Of a stretch of 64,000 nucleotides of DNA, positions 18,632-28,343 are shown piece by piece. The number at the start of each line of letters is the position of its first letter. The first letter of the stretch is position 1. The notes under the pieces were generated by a model. The model was not told where the DNA came from and did not search any database. It saw only the letters and a list, made by a program, of their open reading frames with translations. The DNA is from Candidatus Multivoradales bacterium (GTDB lineage: Bacteria > Acidobacteriota > Thermoanaerobaculia > Multivoradales > JAHEKO01). The position numbers were made by a program, and so were the translations under genes. The stretch covers positions 416,001-480,000 of the forward strand of contig CBDCXM010000009.1 of the NCBI GenBank assembly GCA_965223855.1, given 5' to 3'.

Positions 18632-21538
18632 ATGGCCGAACTCAGTTCCCTCAACGACGTCTTCCGCTTTCTCCAGCTCCGCGCGAGCGACCCTTCCGAA
18701 GTCGAGGGCCCCGCGATCGACGACACCACCGGGCTTGCAGAAGCGCTCGCCGGCGTCGACGACGCGAGCCACCGGCGCCGGATCGCCCGCGAGGCTCTCG
18801 GCGGCGGCACGCCCCGTGCCGAGGACAGCCCGCTCGGGCGCAGGCTCCTGCCACTCGTGCGGAGACTGACCGGCGGCGGGACCGTTGAGCCCGACGACTT
18901 CGTGGCGGCAGGACCTCTCGCCGCCTCGCGCGAGGGAGCGGCCGCCGTGCGATCGATGTCCGACGCCATCCTCGCCGGCCTCTACTCCGGGCTCGAAGCA
19001 GCGCAGCAGCGCGGCTTCCGGGAACTGGTCGCGGTCTACAAGCTGGCTGTGGCGATGCGACGGGAGCGCGGCCACGTGCTCACAGTCGACCAGGCGCGCG
19101 AGGTGCTCTCGCGGCCGCTGGCCTTTCCGGACTCTCTCGGACGGTCGGCACAACCTCGGGAAGAGCCGCCTGCGGCGCGCGAGCGCGTCGATGACACCGG
19201 GACGGATCGTGGCGCCGTCCGGCGGGGCGATCTGCGCAACGTCGCACCGCCGATGCGGCGCGTCTCCGGGCTTGCCGTCGCGATCGACGAGCTGGTCCGC
19301 ATCGATCGCCACGACAATGTCGTGCAGCCGGCCGACGGCGTCCGCCACCCCTTCGTCCTCACCCCGGAGGCCCGCGCGCGGCTGACCCCCCGGACCCGGG
19401 AGGTGCTCGAGAAGGAGGGGATCGATCTCGGCACGACCCCGATCCACCGCGCTACGGAGGCGCTATCGCTCGCCACCGAGACGGCCCTCGCGACCGAGGC
19501 TCCCCTCCTGCGCTCGACGAGCTTCGTTTCGCACAATCCCGCGCAATCGCAGTCGCACTTCATCGGGCCGCGCTACCGGCCGGCCGGCGTCGCGGATCTG
19601 CTGGTCGTCAAGCAGCAGATCAAGCGTTACGAGGCGGCGGAGATCGCGCACGTCGAGAACGCGCTGGCCGGGGAACGACGCGCCCGCTCTCATCGCAAGC
19701 TCGAGCGCAGCGAGGAGCTGTTCCGTCGCGAGGTCGAGCGCACGACCGAGGAGGAGCACGAGCTCCATTCCGCCGACCGCTTCGAGCTCAACCGCGAGAC
19801 TTCGCGCACGCTGCGCAACGACCAGCAGGTCGGCTTCCGTCTGTCGCTGTCGGGCAAGTACGGCCCGGCGGTCGAGTTCGAGAACGAACTGGCGGTCCAG
19901 AACCAGTCGACCAGCGAGACGGCCGCCAGGAGCGCCAGCCGCTACGCCCGCGAGATCGTCGATCGAACCGTCGAACGGGTCGCCGAGACGGTCAGCGAGA
20001 CCCGCAGTCGCAAGCTCGTCCGTGAGGCGGAGGAGACGAACCTCCACGAGCTCGACAACGAATCGAACGAGCACCGGCGCGGCATCTATCAGTTCCTCGA
20101 GAAGGTCTACGAAGCGCAGGTCTTCAACTACGGCGTGCGCCAGATGTTCGAGTTCATGGTGCCGGAGCCGGCGTCCTACCTGTGGCACCTCGAGGGCAAT
20201 CCCGAGACCGGCCTGCAACTGCCGCAGCCGCCGATCGACCTGAGGAGCGTGCTGCCCGGGCCGCTGGCGCAGCTCGACGCTCTCTATCTGCTGCTCGGAC
20301 CGCTTTACGGCGCCACGGAACTCGATCCGCCGCCGCCGCCGTTTCGCATGGTCTCGGCAAGTGTGCAGCACGGCGAGGAGGACGGCAGCGAAGCCGACCA
20401 GCCGCGCAGCGTGCAGAAACTCGAGCTCTCCATCCCCGATGGCTACGAACCGTGGCGCGGCACGCTGAACCTGTCGCTCCTGAGCGACAACACGTCCGAC
20501 CTCGTCGTGCTCGTCACGATCGGGCACCGGACGATCCGATGGCAGCCCGGCCCAGGGGACGCGGTCGACATCCACAAGGTCGATTTCGCCACCGACCAGA
20601 TTTCGTTCGATCTCTCGGACGATACGCACGAACTCACCTCCGAGAGCAAGCTGCCGGCCACTGCAGTCGTCTACGAGAGCGACAGCTACGCCGTCAGCAT
20701 CACGGTCGTCTGCAAGCGCAGCAGCGAGGCGCTCCAGGCGTGGCGGCTCGCGACCTACGAGAAGCTGCAGGCGGCCTACTCCGATCGGCTGCGCGAATAC
20801 GAGCAGCAGGTCGAGGCGCTCAAGGCAGCCGCCTCCCAGCAGGAGGAGCTCCTCCCCTACGGTGCGCCGCCACCGCAGAACCTCGAGACCATCGCCGGAG
20901 AGCTGCGCAAGCACTGCCTGACGATCCTCACCGGCCAGCGCTTCGAGGATTTCGGCTCGGTGTCCGAGCCGCCGGACGGGCCGCCGCAGTTCGACTTCCT
21001 GCGGGCGGCCGGCGAAGGGAGCATCGTCCGCTTCTTCGAGCAGGCGTTCGAGTGGCACCAGTTGCAGTACGTCTTCTACCCCTACTTCTGGAGTCGCAGG
21101 GAGACCTGGGCCGATCGCTTTCTGCGCCAGGACGCAGACCCGCAGTTCCGGGAGTTCCTGCGCGCCGGCGCCGCAAGGGTCGTCGTCCCGGTTCGCCCCG
21201 GCTTCGAGCCGGCGGTCGCTCACTTCCTCCAGACCGGGCAGCTATGGCACGGCGACGGAGCGCCGCCGGCGATCGGCGACGAGACGTATCTGCCGATCCT
21301 CGAAGAGATCCGCCAGCGCCGCGGCGCACCCGAGGGCGAGATCCCGGTCGGCGAGCCCTGGGAGGTTAGGCTGCCGACGGCTCTCGTCGCCGTGCGCACG
21401 ACCGACGACCTGCCGGCGTGGGAACGGGTCGAAGGTCAGAGTTGGAGCTGGCGGCCCGTCGATCCCCCGCCCACGGATGTGTCGGCAGGCGACGGCACCG
21501 GCGACGCCGGGGACGGCGGCGGCGACGACACGGACTGA
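18632..21538 (+). CDS. Large hypothetical protein (968 aa), candidate toxin/translocon component
   Basis: AAGGAGG RBS; GC3-biased ORF; conserved-looking blocks GVADLLVVKQQ, RFFEQAFEW..YVFYPYFW, FLRAGAARVVVPVRPGFE; function unknown. Confidence 0.85.
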   Translation: MAELSSLNDVFRFLQLRASDPSEVEGPAIDDTTGLAEALAGVDDASHRRRIAREALGGGTPRAEDSPLGRRLLPLVRRLTGGGTVEPDDFVAAGPLAASREGAAAVRSMSDAILAGLYSGLEAAQQRGFRELVAVYKLAVAMRRERGHVLTVDQAREVLSRPLAFPDSLGRSAQPREEPPAARERVDDTGTDRGAVRRGDLRNVAPPMRRVSGLAVAIDELVRIDRHDNVVQPADGVRHPFVLTPEARARLTPRTREVLEKEGIDLGTTPIHRATEALSLATETALATEAPLLRSTSFVSHNPAQSQSHFIGPRYRPAGVADLLVVKQQIKRYEAAEIAHVENALAGERRARSHRKLERSEELFRREVERTTEEEHELHSADRFELNRETSRTLRNDQQVGFRLSLSGKYGPAVEFENELAVQNQSTSETAARSASRYAREIVDRTVERVAETVSETRSRKLVREAEETNLHELDNESNEHRRGIYQFLEKVYEAQVFNYGVRQMFEFMVPEPASYLWHLEGNPETGLQLPQPPIDLRSVLPGPLAQLDALYLLLGPLYGATELDPPPPPFRMVSASVQHGEEDGSEADQPRSVQKLELSIPDGYEPWRGTLNLSLLSDNTSDLVVLVTIGHRTIRWQPGPGDAVDIHKVDFATDQISFDLSDDTHELTSESKLPATAVVYESDSYAVSITVVCKRSSEALQAWRLATYEKLQAAYSDRLREYEQQVEALKAAASQQEELLPYGAPPPQNLETIAGELRKHCLTILTGQRFEDFGSVSEPPDGPPQFDFLRAAGEGSIVRFFEQAFEWHQLQYVFYPYFWSRRETWADRFLRQDADPQFREFLRAGAARVVVPVRPGFEPAVAHFLQTGQLWHGDGAPPAIGDETYLPILEEIRQRRGAPEGEIPVGEPWEVRLPTALVAVRTTDDLPAWERVEGQSWSWRPVDPPPTDVSAGDGTGDAGDGGGDDTD

Positions 21539-21549
21539 GACCCCGCGCC

Positions 21550-22617
21550 ATGGCCGACCTCAAGCAGATCGTCTTCGTCCGGGGCACCAAGCAGCCCGAG
21601 CTGACGATGTGGCGCTACTTCCACTTTCACCCGCACGACGAAGTCGACATCGGGCCGGTCCAGCTCGTCTACTTCGACTATCCCGAGAACCAGCTCCTGA
21701 AGTGGAAGCGGTGGAAGCCCGTGCGAGGCAGCAAGCGGGAGGACGTCCTGCCCGACCCGGACAGCGTCGAGGATCTGGAACCTCGGATCGAGTGGCGGAA
21801 CTACGAGGACCAGAAGGTCCAGAGGACGCCGAAGCGAGCTTCGATCGTCGCTCTCTACGACTACGTCAAGGCTCAACCCTCGAAGAGCATCCTGTCGTTG
21901 CAGTTCTTCAGCCACGGATTCTGGAAGGGGCCGATTCTGTGGAACGACGTATCGGAAGACGATGCGGTCGCCGCCATGCCGGTCGAAGAACCGCGCGATC
22001 CACACGACACCGAGCCGCGCGTGCGGGACTTCTACGGTCTCAACCCGCTTGCCGGCACCGACGGTTTTCTCTTCGCCGGCAGCTTCGTCGACGACCCCTT
22101 CGTCAAGCTCTGGGGCTGCGACGCAGCCGACGCCGCCCGTCTCGCCATCAACACGATTCTCGACGAGGACACGTCGACGCGCGAGGGCCGCGTCCGCCGA
22201 CTTCACGACGTCGGTCAGTACCTGGAAGACAGGATCGGCACCACCTACGCCCTTCACCTGGCGGACCTTCTCGGTGTCACCGTCTGGGGGGCACCGCCCG
22301 GCTGGGGGAGCAATCCGTGGTCGGGTCCCGAGAAGCTCGACGACGACACCTACATGGGCAACTTCCCGCCCGACCTGTCGAAAGAGAGATGGTGGCGGAT
22401 GACCACGACCTTCAAACGCAGACACGAGCGCTTCTTTCGCGACGAACTCGAGGCACCGATCGACGCCGCCCGCTACATCGGCTTCAACGTCGGCTGGTAC
22501 CACGATGCCGTGCGGCGCAACCGCGCCGGCAAGAGGGTCCTGGAGGTCACCGATCCCAAGGCCCTCCAGAAGCGCCTCCGCGAGCGCCATCCCTGGCTGC
22601 CTGGCGCAGGCGATTGA
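21550..22617 (+). CDS. Hypothetical protein, putative clan-CD (caspase-like) cysteine peptidase
   Basis: ATG 11 bp after upstream stop; LQFFSHG (His122) and VKLWGC (Cys190). Confidence 0.6.
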   Translation: MADLKQIVFVRGTKQPELTMWRYFHFHPHDEVDIGPVQLVYFDYPENQLLKWKRWKPVRGSKREDVLPDPDSVEDLEPRIEWRNYEDQKVQRTPKRASIVALYDYVKAQPSKSILSLQFFSHGFWKGPILWNDVSEDDAVAAMPVEEPRDPHDTEPRVRDFYGLNPLAGTDGFLFAGSFVDDPFVKLWGCDAADAARLAINTILDEDTSTREGRVRRLHDVGQYLEDRIGTTYALHLADLLGVTVWGAPPGWGSNPWSGPEKLDDDTYMGNFPPDLSKERWWRMTTTFKRRHERFFRDELEAPIDAARYIGFNVGWYHDAVRRNRAGKRVLEVTDPKALQKRLRERHPWLPGAGD

Positions 22618-22620
22618 GGC

Positions 22621-22646
22621 CGCCGGGGGCAAGAAACCGCCCGGCG
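22621..22646. terminator. Hairpin between convergent genes
   Basis: CGCCGGG ... CCCGGCG stem directly after stop at 22617. Confidence 0.45.
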
Positions 22647-22666
22647 ACCTCGAGGCTACTGCGACT

Positions 22667-23482
22667 TCAGCGCGTGACCGGCGACAGAAGCTCGGGCTGC
22701 GTCACCAGCTCCCGTACACCGTGGGCCTGGTCCTCTTCGAACACGTTGCCCTCGCACCAGCGCGCGAGCGAGTTGATGTCGAGCTTCGCGCACGCGGGAC
22801 GCACGCTCCACGACACCTGGAGCGGTGAGCAGGCCTCCTCGGTGTACTTCGGCCCGGTCGTCGAGCCTAGGAATCTCGCCGGAGTCCCGGTGCCGGTCGG
22901 CAGCGCCTTCGGCTGGGAGTAGCCGTCGACCTTGCCCTCGGCCTCGATGAAGTCCGCGAGGTCGAGCGCGTCGCTGTCGTTGACGAGCACGAAGACCTGC
23001 GCCTCGACTCTCAGGTTCGGGTTGGCGCACGAGTCGCTGAGGCAGGAACCGAGACCGGCACCCGGCGCGACGTCGCACGACGAGAAGACCCAGTGGAACT
23101 CCACCGTGTCGCCCGGCTTCATGCCGTTGCAGACCTCGCCGGCCGGCGCCGCGAGCTCCGCCGCCGACAGCTCGCTCGTCATGTTGCACTGGTAACCGCC
23201 TCCGACCCCTTCGACGCCCTCACCGGCGTAGATCGAGTAGTCGGCCGCCTTGTGTTCGGCGTTGTTGTGGAAGTGCAGGTTGCACAGGTTGAGCTGCGAC
23301 GACTCCGGCGCCATCGAGAAGACGCGCCCGTTGAGACCTTCGACCTGATCGATGTCTCGAGGCGTCTGTGGGCCGAAGCCCTGACAGTAGCTCGCCTCTT
23401 CGTGGTCGCTCGCGGAAACGGCACCCGGGGCGATCGCCAAGGCAAGTACGGCTGCAAGAGCAAGAAACTTCTTCGTCTTCAC
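22667..23482 (-). CDS. Delta-class carbonic anhydrase, secreted
   Basis: AGGAGG RBS + GTG; signal peptide; GPQTPRDID, LCNLHFHNNAEHK, VEFHWVFSSC, LRVEAQVF, GSTTGP motifs. Confidence 0.85.
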   Translation of the reverse strand: MKTKKFLALAAVLALAIAPGAVSASDHEEASYCQGFGPQTPRDIDQVEGLNGRVFSMAPESSQLNLCNLHFHNNAEHKAADYSIYAGEGVEGVGGGYQCNMTSELSAAELAAPAGEVCNGMKPGDTVEFHWVFSSCDVAPGAGLGSCLSDSCANPNLRVEAQVFVLVNDSDALDLADFIEAEGKVDGYSQPKALPTGTGTPARFLGSTTGPKYTEEACSPLQVSWSVRPACAKLDINSLARWCEGNVFEEDQAHGVRELVTQPELLSPVTR

Positions 23483-23500
23483 GGGTTTTCCTCCTGATGG

Positions 23501-23588
23501 CTGAATGTTGATTGGATGCACATCTACCCTCCCCGGCGCGACGACCGGGCTCTGCGTCACTGAATGTGTGCTGGATGTACCTCTACCC
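23501..23588. promoter_or_regulatory. Two 29-bp direct repeats, each containing TGAATG-N5-TGGATG
   Basis: 23501-23529 and 23560-23588 match at 23 of 29 positions. Confidence 0.6.
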
Positions 23589-23691
23589 GGCCCGACATGA
23601 AGCCGGGCAGGCTTTCCTCTACCTGACTCTTCGCAAGTGACCTCGAATCGGTTGCAGCCGGGCCGGTCACCCGCCGTGCTAGCTTTCGATC

Positions 23692-24309
23692 ATGCCCTCG
23701 CCTCCCGGTTCGTCAGGTTCCAGGTCTTCGCTTCCAGAGCCCCTGGAGACCGAGCGGCTCGTGCTCCGGATTCCGCGCGAGTCCGACCTCGACGACTGGG
23801 CCGCTCAGATGGCCCATCCGGAAGCGATGCGATTCCTCGGCGGGCCCCAGGGCCGGGCGGCGGCGTGGCGGCACATGGCGACGATGGTCGGCGGCTGGCA
23901 CCTCAGGGGGTGCGGCTTCTTCTCGGTCCTCGAGAAGGCGACCGGCCGCTGGGTAGGGCGCGTCGGAGCATGGTTCCCGGAGGGCTGGCCGGGCACCGAA
24001 GTCGGCTGGGGGATCTCAGCCGAGGTTCAGCGCCGCGGCTACGCCACCGAGGCGGCCGCCGCCTGCATCGACTGGGCCTTCGAGGCGCTCGGCTGGACCG
24101 AGGTCATCCACTGCATCGACGCCGAGAACCTCCCCTCGATCCGCGTCGCCACCAAGCTCGGCTCGCGCAAGATCGGGCACGAGCCGAATCTCCAGCCTTT
24201 CGGAACGTCGGCCGACATCTACGGGCAGACGCGGGAGGAGTGGGCCGTCCATCGCACGACTCTTCTTGCAGCCCGAGACGCCGGGGACCGCGGTACGCAG
24301 AGCGAGTAG
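23692..24309 (+). CDS. GNAT acetyltransferase (RimJ/RimL-like)
   Basis: LETERLVLR, EVGWG...RRGYATEAA, NLPSIRVATKLG. Confidence 0.92.
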   Translation: MPSPPGSSGSRSSLPEPLETERLVLRIPRESDLDDWAAQMAHPEAMRFLGGPQGRAAAWRHMATMVGGWHLRGCGFFSVLEKATGRWVGRVGAWFPEGWPGTEVGWGISAEVQRRGYATEAAAACIDWAFEALGWTEVIHCIDAENLPSIRVATKLGSRKIGHEPNLQPFGTSADIYGQTREEWAVHRTTLLAARDAGDRGTQSE

Positions 24310-24394
24310 ACTCGCTTGCACCCCTTGTCGTAGAGCGCCTCGCGCAGCCTTGCTGCCGAGGCGTACAAGTCGTCGGCTTCTCCGGGTTTCCTCC

Positions 24395-27307
24395 GTGATC
24401 GAGCGTCGCGTCCTTCACTTCCGCCTGCTGCACCGACTCGGCGCGGGCGGCATGGGCGTCGTGTTCGAGGCGTTCGACGAGAAGCTGCGCCGAGAGGTGG
24501 CACTCAAATTCCTCGCGCCCGCGCTCTTCGAGGACGAAGAGGCGAAGCGGCGGCTGCTCGCCGAGGCGCGGGCCGCGGCCGGCCTCGACCACCCGTCGAT
24601 CTGCACGATCTACGAGATCGGCGAGACCGAAGACGACGGTCTCTTCATCGCCATGGCTCTCTATCGAGGTGAGGGGCTCGACGAGAGGCTGAAGAAGGGA
24701 CCGCTGCCGATGCGGCAGGCGCTCGGTATCGCCCGGGAGGTGGCGGCCGGGCTCGCCCACGCGCACGGCAGGGGGGTGATCCATCGCGACATCAAGCCTT
24801 CAAACATCCTCCTCGCCGAGGACGGCGGGGTACGAATTCTCGACTTCGGGCTCGCTCGCAGCATCGACGAGGAACGGCTCACCCGTGACGGCCGGATCCT
24901 CGGCACCGTCTCCTACATGTCGCCGGAACAGGTCCGCGGGGCGGCGTCGATCGACCATCGCACCGACCTCTGGTCGCTCGGCTGCCTCCTCTCCGAAATG
25001 CTGGAGGGGGCCGCACCGTTCTCGGCACCGTCGCTGCCGGCGATCGCCGATCGGATCCTGAGAGCCGAGCCTCGGCTTCCCTCCCACCCTCCGTTCGTTC
25101 GCGAGCTCCTGGCGCGCTGCCTCGCCAAGGAGCCCGACGCGAGGCCCGCGACGGCAGAAGCGGTCGCAGCCGCCCTCGATCCGCACGCCGCAGCCCCGAT
25201 CGACGACGAGACCCTGACGGCGGAGATGCCCACAGAGGCCCTGACCGGGAATCCGCCTGCAGAGAGCGACCCGCAGAGGTCTCGTCTCCTGCGACGCCCG
25301 CTGACCTGGGTGGCTCTAGCGTTGCTGGCTGTCGCTGCAGCGGCTCTCCTCTGGCGGCAGAAGAGGGAAGGGGAGCATCGACAGGAGCGGATCTCCGAGC
25401 TCGAGGCCTTCGTCGAGAGCGAGAACTTCGGGGCAGCCTGGGAGCTGCTCGAGGACTTCTCGTCGCCGGATGGAGCGAGCGCCGGAGTCGACGCACTCCG
25501 CACACGGATCGTGCAGGAGGCAAGAATCGACACCGATCCCACCGGCGCGCGGATCGCTTTCCAGCCCTACACGAGCCGGAAGGGTTGGCGGCCGCTCGGA
25601 ACGACGCCCCTCGAGGCCGAGCTGCCGAAAGTGCCTCTGCGTTTCCGCATCGACGGTTCCGGCGGGAGCCGGTTGGAAGTGGCCGCGTCGATCGGTGAGG
25701 CCGCTAGCTGGGCGCTACCGGACGAGCCCGCCCCGGACGGCGCGGTGTGGATTCCCGCCGGCTCCGCCTCGACCCACTGGTTCGCACCCACCCTGATCGC
25801 GGCCGAGGTCGAGGTCCCCGCCTTCTTCATCGACAGCTTCGAGATCTCGAACGCCGAGTATCAGCAGTTCGTCGACGCCGGCGGCTACGGCGAGCCGGGC
25901 TACTGGCCTCCTCTGATCAGAGACGGCGCGACCGTCGCCTGGGAGGAGGGAATCCGGTCGTTCGTCGATCAGACCGGTCGGCCGGGCCCTGCCGGCTGGC
26001 AGGCGGGGCGACACGGGGATGGAGACGGGGCGCTGCCCGTGACAGGCATCTCGTGGTTCGAGGCGCACGCCTTCGCCACCTGGCAGGGTCGCCGCCTGCC
26101 CACCCTTCACGAGTGGCTGCGGGCGGCGGAACTCTCCACCCGGGCCTTCGTCGCTCCAGCGAGCAACTTCGGCGACTCGCTGCTTCCGCGCGACGAGGAG
26201 CGCGGGATCGGCGCGTGGGGGACGCGAGATCTCGCCGGCAACGCCAAGGAGTGGTCGGCCACGCCGACCCTCGCAGGCGAGCGGCTGCTGCTGGGCGGCT
26301 CGTGGTCCGAACCTTCGTACAACTACTTCGCCACCTTCGACGTCCGTTCTCCCTGGGACCGCGATGACGACTTCGGCTTCCGTACCGTGGTGGGAAAGGA
26401 CGGGGAGACCGCGATGCCGGTCGAAGTCAGGCCGGTCCCACCTCCGCCACCGCCGATGGGCGACGAGGCGTTCGAAGTCGTGCGCAGGTTCTTCGACTAC
26501 GAGCGCCGCCCGCTGGAGGTCGAGGCAGGCGACGTCACCGTGAAGGGCGACTGGAAACTCGAGCGCGTCACGATCGACGCCGGCCACGCCGACGAACGAC
26601 TGCCGCTCCTGGTCTTCACACCCGAGGACGCACCCGAAGGGCGTCTGCCGGCCGTGGTGCTCGCCCCGGGCTTGAACGCCGTTCGGGCCAGGAGCAGTGA
26701 GCAGATCGAAGATCTCGTGAGTTTCGATGCCGTCGACTTCCTGATCGCAGGGGGTCGAGTCGTCGTCATACCTGTCTTCCTCGGGAGCTACGAGCGTGAG
26801 AGCGACCTCCAGGCCGACCTCCTCGAGCCGACGGTCCTCCGCGATCACGCCATCGCCTGGGTGAAGGAGACGCGACGCACCATCGACTACCTGGAGACGC
26901 GAAACGACGTCGATGCCGAGCGCATCGCCTTCTACGGCAGCAGCGTGGGAGCCTGCCTGTCTCCCCTCTTCCTCGCAATTGAGCCGAGGTTCGGCGCCGG
27001 CCTGCTTCGGCTCGGGGGACTCTTCCCGGGCGAGGTGATCGCAGAAGAGGCGGCACCCCGGCATTTCGCTCCGCGAGTCCGGGTACCGATCCTCCTGCTC
27101 AACGGGCGCTACGACTCTCTGCTGCCGTTCGAATCGTCCCAGCAGCCATTCTTCGAGCTGCTGGGCACACCCGAAGATCGCAAGCGGCTCGTCCTCTTCG
27201 ACGTCGGGCACTCGGCGCCACGACCGCGCAACCGTGCCATTCGAGAGACGCTCGACTTCCTCGACGAAGTGTTCGGCCCCGTCGCGTCCTCCGTACCCCG
27301 AGGCTGA
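24395..27307 (+). CDS. Ser/Thr protein kinase - TM - FGE/sulfatase-modifying domain - alpha/beta hydrolase fusion
   Basis: LGAGGMG, VALK, HRDIKPSN, DFGLA, YMSPEQ; LPTLHEW, DLAGNAKEW, FGFR; GSSVG nucleophile, GRYD, VGH. Confidence 0.9.
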   Translation: MIERRVLHFRLLHRLGAGGMGVVFEAFDEKLRREVALKFLAPALFEDEEAKRRLLAEARAAAGLDHPSICTIYEIGETEDDGLFIAMALYRGEGLDERLKKGPLPMRQALGIAREVAAGLAHAHGRGVIHRDIKPSNILLAEDGGVRILDFGLARSIDEERLTRDGRILGTVSYMSPEQVRGAASIDHRTDLWSLGCLLSEMLEGAAPFSAPSLPAIADRILRAEPRLPSHPPFVRELLARCLAKEPDARPATAEAVAAALDPHAAAPIDDETLTAEMPTEALTGNPPAESDPQRSRLLRRPLTWVALALLAVAAAALLWRQKREGEHRQERISELEAFVESENFGAAWELLEDFSSPDGASAGVDALRTRIVQEARIDTDPTGARIAFQPYTSRKGWRPLGTTPLEAELPKVPLRFRIDGSGGSRLEVAASIGEAASWALPDEPAPDGAVWIPAGSASTHWFAPTLIAAEVEVPAFFIDSFEISNAEYQQFVDAGGYGEPGYWPPLIRDGATVAWEEGIRSFVDQTGRPGPAGWQAGRHGDGDGALPVTGISWFEAHAFATWQGRRLPTLHEWLRAAELSTRAFVAPASNFGDSLLPRDEERGIGAWGTRDLAGNAKEWSATPTLAGERLLLGGSWSEPSYNYFATFDVRSPWDRDDDFGFRTVVGKDGETAMPVEVRPVPPPPPPMGDEAFEVVRRFFDYERRPLEVEAGDVTVKGDWKLERVTIDAGHADERLPLLVFTPEDAPEGRLPAVVLAPGLNAVRARSSEQIEDLVSFDAVDFLIAGGRVVVIPVFLGSYERESDLQADLLEPTVLRDHAIAWVKETRRTIDYLETRNDVDAERIAFYGSSVGACLSPLFLAIEPRFGAGLLRLGGLFPGEVIAEEAAPRHFAPRVRVPILLLNGRYDSLLPFESSQQPFFELLGTPEDRKRLVLFDVGHSAPRPRNRAIRETLDFLDEVFGPVASSVPRG

Positions 27308-27368
27308 CGACGGTCCCGACCCCTTCCGTATCGGGCATTCGTCGACCCCGATGATGGTTGAAGACGGC

Positions 27369-28271
27369 ATGCCCGCCGAAGCGCTGCGACCCGATGACCC
27401 GCCATTGCGAGAGACGCTGTTCTGCGACGCGGATCTCAAAGTGGGCCTCTTTCGGGCCTGCCCGCAGCATCCGCGGTTTCGCGACTCGGGTCCCGCGCGC
27501 CATCACGTGTTCGTCTTCCCCCGGTCGGCGGTCTGGATCAAGCACCCTTCCACTCCGGCCTTCGTCGCCGACGCCAACGTCGCCACCCTCTACAACCGAG
27601 GCCGGCGCTACCGTCGCGAAGCGATCGATCCGCGAGGAGATCGGTCGCTGTGGTTCGCTCCCTCGGAGCGGCGGCTGGCGGAGACGTTCGAGGAGCTGGA
27701 AGTGCCGTGGCGACACGACACTCCCTTTCGCCGGCACGCGCGAAGGGTCGGCGCCCGGGCCTATGCCCTGCAGGCCGCCCTCGCCCGCTACCTGCGCAGC
27801 TCCACCAGCGTCGATCCTCTGGCTGTCGAGGAGACGGCCCTCACCCTGCTCGAGCACCTGATTGCGGACCGGGGCAAAGAGGCGTCGAGCTCGCCGCCGA
27901 GGCGGCATCGGGACCTCGCCGAGGCGGCGCGGTGCGTGATCGACCGCCGATTCGACGAGCGGCTCTCCCTCGGCGCACTCGCCCGCCTCGTGGGCTGCTC
28001 GCCGTCGCACCTGTGCCGGGTCTTCCGTGCCACGGCCGGTCGGTCGATTCACTCCTACCGCGACCAGATCCGGCTGCGCGAGGCGCTCCACCGCCTCGAA
28101 CTCACGGAGACACCGCTGACGGAGCTCGCTCTCGATCTCGGCTACGACAGCCACAGTCACTTCACGGCCCGCTTCAGCGCCGCGTTCGGTGTGCCGCCGT
28201 CGAGCTTCCGTTCGCTGCCGTACGAGGTCTTGCACCACCGCCTGGGCCGACCGCGCCGAGCACGATCCTGA
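27369..28271 (+). CDS. AraC family transcriptional regulator
   Basis: LARLVGCSPSHLCRVF...LGYDSHSHFTARFSAAFGVPPS; start approximate. Confidence 0.92.
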   Translation: MPAEALRPDDPPLRETLFCDADLKVGLFRACPQHPRFRDSGPARHHVFVFPRSAVWIKHPSTPAFVADANVATLYNRGRRYRREAIDPRGDRSLWFAPSERRLAETFEELEVPWRHDTPFRRHARRVGARAYALQAALARYLRSSTSVDPLAVEETALTLLEHLIADRGKEASSSPPRRHRDLAEAARCVIDRRFDERLSLGALARLVGCSPSHLCRVFRATAGRSIHSYRDQIRLREALHRLELTETPLTELALDLGYDSHSHFTARFSAAFGVPPSSFRSLPYEVLHHRLGRPRRARS

Positions 28272-28343
28272 TAGCCGCGGGGCGACAGCGGGTCTAGTGT
28301 TTCGGGAACATCACGAAGACTCCCTCGAACCGGAGGTCGAACC

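Noticed and set aside
23501-23588. 29-bp repeat / 30-bp spacer as a mini-CRISPR
   Set aside because: Only two degenerate copies, no palindrome, no cas genes; better explained as regulator boxes
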